Assembly: GCA_964199315.1 (NCBI GenBank)
Contig: OZ116699.1
Coordinates: 1,488,001-1,552,000, forward strand
Origin: Orbicella franksi
Taxonomy: Eukaryota
Reading direction: 5' to 3'
Length of the DNA stretch: 64,000 bases
The notes beneath the pieces are model-generated. The model saw only the letters and a program-made list of their open reading frames with translations. It made no database searches and was not told the DNA's origin. Position numbers and translations under genes: made by a program. Positions 48,183 to 60,776 of this stretch are shown here, one piece after another; position 1 is the stretch's first letter; each line of letters starts with the position of its first letter.

Positions 48183-51100
48183 GCTTTAAGAGGGCACTAG
48201 CTCAGTAGAAGCCCAAACTCAGCTTTCATTGACGAAGTAAGCGAAAGCAAAACAGGGGATGATACCTGTTATATAATCGAATGAAGCGATGATAATGCCA
48301 AGGTCGGGGTCGAGAGAGGGAAACAGGCAAATTGTTACTCTAGCAAGTGGCTGAAGTGTATAGTTTGGTGGCTACACATAAGAGAAACAAAGGAAAACAC
48401 AGAAGAAACGCTATTGTCTGCCTTTTATTGCGAATTACCACTAAAAAGGCATAGTCAAGAACCACTATCATTCAGTCTATTTTCACAGCCTTCTTGTGGA
48501 CGAAAGCGTGGACAAATAGCTTCATATGCCTTGACAAATTGTGATGGATCATTCTTTCTAGAACGTTCGATTTGTTTAGTAACGTGTAACCGGTCAAACG
48601 GCAGGAGTTTGGCCATTTTTGACCGTGTTTCTCAGCGTCTTAATTCATCAGTGGAGAATGTAGGTGGCCAATTCAACGGCAAGCAGTGGGGAAGAAATAT
48701 CTAGCACCAATTCATTACAGCAAAGCTTGAAAACATGCATTCTTTGCTCGATGATGGCTTAGCGTATTTATCCTGCACGTGTTATCAGCAAGACAATGAA
48801 GCAAGGGTGGTAAACAGGTCAACACGAGGGGTCCACTGAGTTTCATAAACACTGCTCCACGGGTAGCGTGTGTTAAATTAATTAACCACTGAAGTGAAGG
48901 TAATAATAACCTATTCCATGTTTGTTAAAGCCGTTTGTTTTTCTCTTGTTTACGCGTTAATGCAAAACATTGGTAGGAGGCAGGTCTAACAATGAATTAC
49001 CAGTCTTGTAAAAATAAAACCACCAGCAATTGTTCGATGTTTATCAAAGTAACTTAAAATTTACCACTCTAAATTTTATTTTCTTTTAGTCTGTCTACAG
49101 GAAACTTCAATTTAACCAAACTTGAAAAATATATTTTACTTTATTTATACTTTTTGTTGCCCAAAAAAAGCTCATTTCAAGTTTACAGCCTGGCGCGAAT
49201 AATCCCTCTGTGAAAGTTAATTTTCACAGCTGTTGTTAACTTACGACATTCACGTTGTTTTATTGAACTGGTCCCGTAATGGAATTGGAACAGGAAATGC
49301 CTAGCTGTGAAGCCGTTCATTTAACTTTCTACAAATGTTACTTGCAGTACTCTCACATTTTGCAGCTTCCACGAGTATGTTATATGTAGAAGCTATAAAA
49401 AGAAGTAACATAAAGACACGATAGCTAGCTATAGGCGATCAAATAATTCATGGTCTAGTTGTCAGGCTGGTTCACCTAACAGTACGTAGTTTAGTCAAGA
49501 AAAAAAACCCCTGAAATAATGCGGTTAGAATATTGAATTTTCTGTATTAGATTTCTTAATTCACTTTTATACGAATCTTAAATGCAGATGCAAAACTGAT
49601 GAACGTACAACTTTTGATATCGTGCCACCTTATTACAAAGTACAAACATGTTTTCTTGGTTAGGGCAAATTAGGGAGATTGTCATATCAATATGAAATAA
49701 AATGTTATATTTTATCATTCTTTTACTTTGCTTTAGCAACTAATCGATTTCTATTGACCACGAATTAACTCTCATCAAATGGTTTAAGTTTAAGCTATTG
49801 AAGATTGGTGCAGAGCACAAAATCTTCAAACAAACTCCAAAGCTAAATCTGCACAGTGCCTTGATTTCTTTGTGAAGTCGATTGAAATATTCTTCTAGTG
49901 TTTATTACGAGAGCCATGTGTACTACGCCAAACGTTTTAAAAATGTTTCCTCTGAGTCCATTACAAACGGGACAATGGAAGAGAAACGCGAAATAGGTGG
50001 CTCTCAGTCCACAAACACGTTTCACGAGACAATGTTGAGTCGATTCGCTCCAGATTTAATTTCAGGCACTACAAAGCGAAACAGATAACACTCGAAAATA
50101 CGGCCTAATCGGAACGGTATTAAAAATCCAAATTAATTATTTTTACCCAGTAATTATTTAACAATTACCGTAATGTCGAAATGTTACTATTTTTCTCCGT
50201 AGTGAAAAATTACATATTAAGCAAGGTAGTATCTACTATTAAGATTCTTCTTCTTTTTAATGCCATAGAAAGTCATTGCTTAGATGGTGAAATCAAAAGG
50301 ATACCCTTTTCAGTGCATTTCGCCTCTAATCTACTTTCCTTTTTCGTTTGCAATTTTGTTACCTGATCTGTCTGACGCAATGCGACATCTGGCTTGTATT
50401 CGCCGATCGTTCGATTCAATTACAAAATAATTACGTTTGTACAGAAACGAATATGTGTAGAAATATTAACGCAGATAAGTTCTGTGCTGAAAGGTACAAG
50501 AATCAACAATAGAGAGACAGTAAGCCAGAATATATGAAAACAAAAAAACACGACATAGCCTTGAAAGAGCTCACCCTAAAAAATCGGTTAGCCCTGAGCG
50601 CGAGACGTAACCAAAAATTATGCCGGTGTGCAATGGAAAGAAGGTAGCTTCTTAATCTTTTGAGATAGTCCACTCATTTGAATCTATGTTACTCAATCTT
50701 GACCAATCCTGTTGTTTTTTTCTTAAGTTTTAAGCACCTTTATAACTTTGAAGATTATCATTCGGACGGCCTTTTTCTTTGCATTGAAAGTTAAATTGTA
50801 CTTCCCAAAGTATACTCTAAATCTCGGAAAATATACTTTCTTAGTATAATATTTGTTACAATGAGCATGACAACCCGATTAACAGAGTGTAAATCTTCGT
50901 AATTAAGCAACTGATACTGAACATCTTTTAAAAAAGCTATGAGAAATCTTTACTTATAAACCAGAGTTGACCGAATTGTCTCAACAAAATGCAAACTGAT
51001 TCATATTCATCTAAAAAATCTTTCTAAACTTTCATCTCTACCATGCTACCCCACCGTCTAAGACTGAATAAAAGTGATCACGACATAATTAAAGAGACCT

Positions 51101-54100
51101 CAAACAAATGCCAAATTAGTGTATTTTTCTTGAAAACCAATATCAGCATGCACATTCAAAAATCACACTGCTGAACTAAGTTTGCAACAACCTTCAGGCA
51201 AGTGGAACTCCTAATTCATTGTCTCCATTTTAAATTTCAGCTGTAGTCACTTTTCGTATCCCAAGTTATTGCCTTCCATTATTTCCTGCCAATAAATTGA
51301 AAATACTCTAACTATAATCGCCAGCGACCACTTGGACGTGTAAATTTTGTCGTGTTGACGAATTCACTGTTATGGAGAATTAGCGCAACAACCTTGTTTA
51401 CGCCTGACCTCATGGCAAACAACTTACATGCAAATTTTACGCTTTTTCGTCTTTAGTGAATGTTTTTATCGAAAAGCATGGTTGATTGTAAGATGAAATG
51501 GCATATTTACTTACTAAATTAGTTCTGCGTTCGCTGTGAATAAATTTTAAACTGCTTGTTCACTTAATTTAATATAACTGCCTCGTGATAAAGTCATCTT
51601 TGTCGTCGCGTACCTAATGATATCACTTTTCTGGAACCTTCTGTCTCCTGATAAAGTAATATACCTTTTCTCGCAGACCATGTGACGATCAGTTCCATTA
51701 TTTTCAGTGAAAACGAATTATAAGGGATTCTGCAATCGCTCCGACTGTAGTATCACTTACTTGTAAGTTGCTGTTAATACGTCTCGCATGATCTCTCTAT
51801 GTATTCATTCAACAACACCTTCTGTGAACAAATAGCTTTTATTCTTTTGTGTGAAGAGCTAAAGCAAATCTCGCTATTCATGGCGAAAAGACTGAAACAA
51901 CAAAGCCTTTATAGAATTCTTATGTTCCCTATCTGTGGTTATTGTCCATACAATGTCTTATCAAATCAGGTGACTCTTCGAAACAGAGAGAATAACGCTT
52001 CTTAAGTGATTCACAATATGGTCTTTTGTTTATGCCATGTGCTTTGTAACAGAACAAAAGGTTCCATTTGTTTACTTAACATCAATGGAGGCAGTAACCT
52101 CACAAGGCTTGCGGGGTGAAATGTCCATTATATTATTTCAATTAGCGTATAAATTCATTACCTGTGAACGGGAAAGCCATTTATCACAAAGTCCATTAAT
52201 GGATTTCAAGAACTTTTAACATTCCATATTTACTTACAACCTGTCAAATGACCAAGTTCAGGACCGAACTCAATGGTTCCATTCGAGTGCCGATGCAGGC
52301 AATTGGCTAGTCTTCAAGTATTTCAAATGCAAAGTAGTTAATTCGATCTGTTGTTATCAGCGAAAGGTTCAGCTAAACATAATTCTTTCCAACATATTTT
52401 GTCTGGTTTAAGAAGAGCTAATCCCTTGCTTTAGGGCAGTCAACATCTGATGGGAAAATGAGTCAGTTACAGATAAACTAGTTGACACCATTCATCTCAG
52501 ATTCATCGAAGCATTTCTTAAATAAAGAGAAGCACACCGTTTACAACAATCAAATGACAATTGAAATCTGCATTTTCGCCTGAAAGACAACGAGGGCGTT
52601 TCTTAAACAACTCCAGTTACGTAACAAATTTCATTCCTCTTCTTTTTTTAACATAGCTGGGTCACTTTGTCAAATACATGAGAAATGCTCGCCTGTGGAG
52701 GTTTACGTTATCCAAATTATTTCTGAGTTAGACATCTGTGTAACAGCTTTTTTTTTTTTTACCAGATTCAGGAGACTAAGGCTGTTCAAGCACGCACTGT
52801 GTTCATTCATCAGAGTTAAAGATCCACAACGGGGACTTTGAATTTCAAGAGCCGCTCCTACACAGCATGCACAGCGAGACTCCGGGACAGATCGAAGAAG
52901 TTAAATACAACAAAAAAAAAAGGTGACAGCAGTTGCAATTCCCCTTACACGTGCTTTCTTAGCTTAACCAAAACAGCTGTTCCTTCTCGACTTCTCGGCA
53001 CTGGCTTCATCGAAAGACTAAGAAACATCTGTGTGCATCTGTTGTTCACCCGGTGCGTAGAATTTCTCGTTCCTAAAGGTGCAGAAAAGAAGAAATAGCG
53101 AATCAACACTGTATGTTTGTAACTGACTTTGTTGAAAAAAGAAAGGCCTCCGTTAGAAACAGAACCGTCGCTTATGTATTCAGTTTTCGGTGCGAATATT
53201 TTGAAGCCGGCGGGATGAGTATTGTGAAGGTGGTGTAATCTAATGGTCACCTGTTATTTCGTTCCTTGGCCGCTCCATATGCGAATCCTCCGAACAGAGC
53301 AAAAAGGATAAATCCAAACCAAATACTAATTTAATTGCAGCCAGTTTAGAGGAGAGACCTTCGAACGCGTACTGTGTCACTGTTAAAACCCCCCGAAACG
53401 GAACTTAATCGTTTTGCTGAAGTATCAGGTAAAGCTGCCTCAAACCATTTTCCAAGTTTGTTCTCAAAATGTCGTCACCTTTATTCATAATTGTTTAGTT
53501 ACAAGGCAATTTAAGTTTCCACTTCTCCACCGTTACGGATATTTCCTGATAAGCATGTGAAAATAGTATAAATTCAGAATGCTATAAAAAAAAACGGATT
53601 ACTTTGACGCAAGGGAATGTGCAGTTCTGAATCATCGCCACCATTTTATAGTTAGATTACTAATGTTTTAATGGGTCTCGAAATTTCAATTCCTAACGTC
53701 GTCAGGGTCTCTGACAGAATCCATTGTAGAAAATGACACATCTGTAGAACGGCTAGCATCTATGGCGTTTTAGTTTGTAAGAAAACACACCTGGTACATA
53801 TTACAACCGCTCATTCTAAGACAACAGAGTGACCGGCTGAACCTCACCCTAAGGAAAATACGTGACAAATTACAACGCCACTAAAAGTTCCCTAGATCGG
53901 CTCGTCTTCATAGCCTGAATCTGGTCGAATGCTGGCTTACACTCTACTAATTTGAGATCATTATAACCGCTTTATAAATTAAATTTACACTCTATCTCCG
54001 TTTGTATGGATATCGATGACCCAAGCGTAGTACAACAGCGTTGCTATCCTTCCTTGTATGAGCATCTTTGCAACTTGTACCTCCATTTGCAAGCTGAAAA

Positions 54101-57100
54101 TCGCGAATTTTATGAACTTCCCATCATAAAGTTTTATTAGAGAGAGTTTATTTTCTATAATCATGCAAGTAATTGAAGGTTCCCGCGAGAGTCAGTCGAA
54201 TTCTGCTGACAGGTAATAATCTATATTTTGATCTGACGAAGCCAGTCAGATCTCTGGCCCGCAACTTTTCCGCTTAGGCAATACGATTACACGAGGCCTA
54301 CTGACAAGCTACAGAAGAAAGGGCGAAAGGTGCATGAATGTAATATAAACAGTGAACAGGGAAAGCTGAAGAAATTTTTCTACACGGCTCAGGCTGACAG
54401 CTGCTACCGGTGACCTAACTACTGAAACCACAATCGAACTAAAAAAAAACTGTGGCTTAAACGAGAAAGAACTACACGCCTAAATTGTGAAATAGATAGC
54501 ATCTATTAGGTTATGTATTTACTTCCACTGGCGTCGCATTGTCTTATGACAGCCTAAAAGGTTGAATGGTTCGTTTTCCAGTGTAGGTTATTCTCTTGGT
54601 TGACTGTTGCATCTGATGTCAAAAACAGCACAATCAAATTATAATGGACCTCAGAAAAAAGATCTCTTGAATTGGCAAGAACCACGAGTTGAGGCTCACA
54701 TCCTCATCTGAACGCCTTGCAAGCAGCTGTTTATCGATGAACAATATGCTGGAAAAAATGACAACATGCGAACTGCGCGAAACTGTTTTAGTTAAGTAGA
54801 TTCTTTAGCACAGTTCAGGTTTGATAGCTCAGCTTTATATTGAGCCATTTTACACTCTTCTTCGAATTGACTTTCAATTATATTTCAGGATCTTCATATA
54901 TACTCCAATATCTTGCAATGTTTGTGTTTGGAGAGCCAGGGCGTTCAATTTCGATCGTCCGGTCAGTTCCCCTGCGTCATATGTATAGGTTGAATTTACT
55001 GTTGGTTCTTGCCTTGCTCTGACGGTTTTCCTTCGGGGAGTCTAATGTTTATCCTCCTGAAAGACTAAAATTTTGCAAAGTCCAATGCCCCTGGACCTGC
55101 ATGACTGTATGACTGAACCAGCTTGGGTTGATGTGACCTCCTCTTTTAGTATTGCACTTTATATTGCGAAGACCATCAGCTCACTCAAATTAGCAGAAAG
55201 AGAAAATATCGATGGCGGGGAATTGGAATTACGGTAATGCATTTGTCATACTCATTTTCTCAGTAAATGATAATATAATACTATATAATATATGAGTGTA
55301 TTCTTTGCAGTGTTCTTTACTGCCAACTACTTTATACATTTCTCGACTTCTGGGAATTCTGAGAATGATGTTTGAAAATGCATTAGCTGATTTGATATGG
55401 TTCTGATTAGTTTCTTCAAGCAGTTACTAGTGGAGGTGTTTGTCTTCAGGTTCAACTGTTAACACTGACACTTGCTTCATTGAAGTTATCAGAGAATTCA
55501 AGCTGAATTGAATAACGAATCCTTACTTGAGCTTTAACTCGTAGCATGATTATTCGTCTCGTGCGACATCAAGGTCTTGGATTTGGAATCTAAAGAATTC
55601 ATAGCAACTGTGGAAGTTTGAAGGCAAACGGCGCTATGGCGGATTGGGTCAATTCATTCTTTGTTGAGTTACTTGTTCGTTCCGGCGATCTTTCCATCCT
55701 CATACCTTTATTATGATTAGTCTGATCTTTTTGGCGCCTTTCGTTATCAGCAAAAATAGGTTAATTACGTAGTGCTGAGATTAAAATCGTGACCTAAATA
55801 ATACCCGGTATTTTATTCAGGTGGAGGCAAGAGCTTCACATGACAATTACTATTCCATGTCCCCTAAATGTGGAGAACTGGACCATGTGCTCACCATGTT
55901 TGCTACTACAGCTGTTATTTTGCCCAGGATCATAGAACCATGAAAAACGTTCTGATATTCCCCAAAATTGGTTAGGCTTCAAATGTATCTGGATGGCTTA
56001 ATTACATGAATAGTGATAAGTACAGTATTTTGTTAAAGTTCCGTGAACTTCCCGTCTGCTTATCATCTAAATATATCACTCGAAGAAAACTTGAAATGCG
56101 ATACATACTCTGCTAAACAGCAACTGTCTCGCAGGCATAACTTACAATACCATGGAATGTCTGGGCAGGCATCTATTAGTCTTCAAACAGGTTAAAGATA
56201 TTTTAAATCGTCGTTTTCAAGTAAATTCTCAAGTCCATATTTCTTTTTTGGGGTTTAGTACCATGACATCCCAAGTCGACAATCCTCGACAACGGTTGAC
56301 ATAAAAAATGTTCGGGGAGCTTTATTATGCAATTTCAATGGCACATTGAGGCAAGATTTGCTCAGACAGCTCTTTGTTCCTCTCAACTATTTAATGACTT
56401 GCTTCAGTTCGTGGGCAGCGAAATGAAATTGAAGACAACAATGCGTAGGCTAATGGACTTTCCGCTTGGTACCTGTCCGAATGGACAGTGAACGCCCCTT
56501 GGAACTGGGCCGCCAAGAAAGAATGAGATCACGTTTCAAGTTGGATATTTTAGTTTCTCAAGCAAACCACAGGATGGTGACTTTCACTCTGAACTAGCAA
56601 ACTACTGAAAGTCTTGGGTTAAACCTTGGACCAAACAATATATCGCGAAGTAATAAAGGTCATTCACTTACCATGACTTGACGAGGCAGCCTTGCTTTAA
56701 TCGTCGATGGAATTTTAGGCTGACATAGAGACTGAAGTACAGCCGTGATGGATCAAGATTGATAGCAAAAAAAATATCAGAGGAATGAAAACAAGTGGCG
56801 CCTTGCTGAAATCATAACACCCATCAAAGGGTTGTTATAACTAAGCTTATAAATCTCAAATTGAAATTGGAGCCTAATCAAGCGGCAAGGTTTTGGATCT
56901 TCCTCGTTCCCCGTTGTTTGAGTTTAATTTAGTTTAAAATAACAATAGAAACAGAATACTGATCTTGTGTTCTGAGGGACTTAAGAATTGTTTTCCAAAA
57001 AATCCATTAGCCACTTAACTGTATATTTGTATAACTTCTTATCGTTTTTTTTTTTTTATTGCTTTTTTCAACAACTGTTATGTTTTTAGATGAGGCATGC

Positions 57101-59937
57101 AAAGTTCTTTTGACTCACCTGAATGTAAACTTAAACGACTTGTTTACTTACCCGCAATGAGGCGACTCTTATTAATGGATGCTCTTGAAACGTTTACTAT
57201 TCTCAGTGACCAACGAGGCTTTCTCTGTCAGAATTTACCATCACACACCTGGACAACTTCAAATTACTTGGCAAAACCATAACTCCTAAGAACATCAAAT
57301 AATATCACATTTTCCACAACTTTGATGCCAGTCTTACAAAAGAGTTCCATCCTTAAACCATAATTTCCATCTCGTTTCTATCGCCACCAGTCGCTTGTGA
57401 CTGACCAACCTGCAACTCCCTGTTGAAGGCCTTTGTTCGTTAGACCTTCAGCGAATGCGATTTTCTAATTAGCTGAATTGACTTAGCCAATTCCATGACC
57501 ACCTCCACCAAGGTAGCCATGCAAGCAGAGTAATAATCACCCAATTGGCCTTAAATGCGCGTTACGGGAATACATATCGGCCTCTACTCTTTCAAATATA
57601 ATTATCAAACTTATTACGTTTTTATGTTTTAACGTGTTTGGTTTCCTTGTGGACCCTTTAAAGGGATTCACGCGTGGTTTACTCCATTTTTTTAACTGTC
57701 ATGAATTTTACTTAAGTGACTTGTTTGAAGTCGTCGGGTACAAGATCGTGATAGACCCAGTTGAATAAACTGGAGAGCTTTTTTTCAAAGTGGTCATTTA
57801 TGCAACTGTTCTTAAAACAAACAAAACAAAGCACAGTCAACAGATTTTGAATTGTAACTAAACAACGTGTTCCAATGTAGTTACTGAGATTTTAAACAAT
57901 GGCATGTTTATCTACAATTCTCTTCGCTTCACGGAACCCATTTCTTGAGCGAAGAAACCTATATCTTGAGATCTGAACAAAACACTGCCCACGTGTTAAA
58001 TTATGCGAACAGTTTTAGGTTAAGTTTCATTTCGTTTCAAAAATATAGGTAAAATCAACACTCTTCGCTCGCGTGAACTTGCCCTAGTTTTCAAGAAAGT
58101 CAAACGAAATAATTTAAAAGTTATGCTTGGCGAATGTCATCGCACGGAATACGGAAGTGGATCGAAAAATATTGAGAAGTAAAGCGCTCTTAGTTAAATA
58201 AGCACACATACACTGGCACACATAAACACACACACACGCATCTGGTGCAATAAATGGCGTTAAAATTATGTTCTTATATCTCCTTGAAGTGTTTTTAACT
58301 TGTGTTTTGAATAAAAGAAACAACGGGAGTTGATCGGGACCTTAACTTGTGGGAGGCAACTAAATAGTTTAAAAGACTGTTTTAAGATATCGTGCTGGGT
58401 ACGATATAACATTTCAACAAAGAAATCTTAGTGATTTCAAACATAAGCTGTTTAGCTTCCCGTGAGCTATTCAAAGTAAATCTTTTGACAATATGCTGGA
58501 AAACAATTGCACTTAATTTTCCTATTTGTATGACTGAAAGACTTAGCAAAAATAGCGCATATGCCACACTCCTGCGCGCAGTGACAATTTCACGAATACA
58601 AAGACAACAGACGTGGATTATTAGTGTTCCACTACTTTACGCTTCAGGACATCAACTATTGAAGATACTACCTCTTAATGGTATATAGCAGAACAAGGCA
58701 ATGACATTTTCTGACAGATCTAAAACTGGTATTTAAAATAGAGCCGCGACAAAAGTCTACTGGCACCCGAATTGAAAACCTAATTAATAAACTGCATTAA
58801 GTTGTATTCGATACAGTTTGCTTTTCCGCCCATTTGTATGCCCTATCGGTGGCATTAGATACACGCATTATTGAAACATCCATATATCTTCCTTGTCAAA
58901 TTAAAATCTATAAACAACTGGCGTTTACAGATTTTGAATAAAAGGGATAGCATAGTCAATTCTTTGAAAGACTTGCCCGCCTGCCTAAAAAAGATTAGTT
59001 TCCATTGAGTTGTTAGAAACCATAGAATACGAACAAAAGAAAAGATTAAAACACCAAAATTACTAAAGCCAAATTATCTTGGCGTGAAATAATCGCATTC
59101 ATGTTAGGCCCTTGGTCATATATCATTTTGAATTCATTTCTAAACATTCGTATTCAAAGAAAAGAAACAATGCAGTGTATGGTGGCAAGCCATGACAGGT
59201 AATCCCTTGTGTTATCAACGGGGCTTTTGTCTTCGGTTGCCATGTAGAATCGAACACGTTCTTTGAGATAACAAAGTGTGGATGTTTTGTCCCCTTACAA
59301 TGAGAAAGGTAGTTTACACTTCATTGTGAAATGATATAATTTTCTACTATTCGAGTACATGCTAAAATCACCCCGTTTGATAAACGTGCGGTCCGCTCTA
59401 TGTGCGTGGTCTTACGATTTCTGTCTGCAATATTGGAACGCGCAGAGCCAGGCAAGTTACCTGTAACTCTTTGGAGCAAGATTTCCCACGCTCGACGGCT
59501 CGAGGAAAGGCCACAGTTTCAGTTGATAAATTATTTTTATTGTATCAATAAACACTCTAATAAGCTTATAAACTGTACAACCCGACTCACTCCGAAATAG
59601 GATAAATTTCAAAAAGAGAGATCATTTAGATTCTTTCTTCAATATATACACATTAACACTCGTGAAGACCTCAATACAGCCACGAAACCTTAAAAAAGAC
59701 ATGTTAAAGCTGCCTCAAAGTTCAAAGTGTCTTTTTAATTGAATGAAAAGTAAATATAATCACTATTATTCTCTTCACGTCTTTGCAAATGTTCTATCCT
59801 TATAAACGATTTGTGCTCTATGATCTCGTGATTTCGGTCAGTGCATTATATACAAACATTGTCGTCTCAACTAGTTGAAATGTTCTTTGTATAAATTTTA
59901 TGAAATTCTCTCTAAGAAAAACAACAGTCACTTCTTA

Positions 59938-60663
59938 CTAGTAGCCGACATCCGGTCTCAGCATAACGAAGTCCATAGAGGACCTAGGAATTCCAGTTCT
60001 GCTGTCGATAGCGGTTGGAGCGTGAACTATAGATGATGATTCGGGCAAAACGCTTCGATGGTGTACCACATGTCCAACTTGCATAGAGTGTGGCATGGAT
60101 GGATGGTGACTTGGGTAACCGATAGGAGGTCCGCAAGAGATTTCTCTTCCAACAAGCGGTAAATGCGTCGAGCAAGGTCCTTTCATTTCAGTCACAGTCT
60201 GCATTACCGGATAATGAGGCGCGAAATGGTAAGGTGGGGGAGGTTCCGCTAGTGTACAGTTTCCGGAACAGTTGCTAAAAATTGGACCTGAAGGCATTAA
60301 ATGCCCAGGCGGCATCGGGCTACAAAGCGAAGAAGGAGGTGGGTATCCCATCCCATTCATCTCATGATAACCGTAAGGGTTGATGCTCTGCGTTTTCAAC
60401 TTGGGCGTAGATTTTGGCTTTCTTTTAGGCTGGTATTTGTACTCGGGATGGTCCTTCTTATGTTGTTCTCTCAGTCGTTTCGCCTCCACCACGTAAGGAT
60501 CTTTGGATTCAGGCGAGAGTGCATTCCATTCAAGTCCGAGACGCTTACTGATTTCCGAATTCAACATGCGAGGGCATTCCTCTGCGATGCGTCTTCGTTC
60601 CTTCCGCGACCAAACCATGTATGCATTCATGGGCCGTTTTATGTGTTCACTGGGCTTAGTCAT
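59938..60663 (-). CDS. Sox: Sox-family HMG-box transcription factor (SoxB-like, divergent), single exon, 241 aa
   Basis: [63 protein letters not shown] is a complete Sox HMG box; Pro/His/Ser/Met-rich C-terminus. Subgroup not assignable by eye. Confidence 0.95.
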   Translation of the reverse strand: MTKPSEHIKRPMNAYMVWSRKERRRIAEECPRMLNSEISKRLGLEWNALSPESKDPYVVEAKRLREQHKKDHPEYKYQPKRKPKSTPKLKTQSINPYGYHEMNGMGYPPPSSLCSPMPPGHLMPSGPIFSNCSGNCTLAEPPPPYHFAPHYPVMQTVTEMKGPCSTHLPLVGREISCGPPIGYPSHHPSMPHSMQVGHVVHHRSVLPESSSIVHAPTAIDSRTGIPRSSMDFVMLRPDVGY

Positions 60664-60768
60664 TTCTGCTGATCTGTTTTCAAGTGGTACAGTTTCAAAA
60701 ACTTCGACGCGAATTCACCACGGAGTGGGTTGTGTAACAGTGCGAGTGCGGTCAACCTGTGATAGCAG

Positions 60769-60776
60769 CTTTTATA
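60769..60776 (-). promoter_or_regulatory. TATA box candidate of the Sox gene
   Basis: TATAAAAG on minus, ~105 bp upstream of the ATG. Confidence 0.5.

Noticed and set aside
55330-55720. Coding-like composition on the minus strand
   Set aside because: Frequent stops in all frames, no recognisable domain
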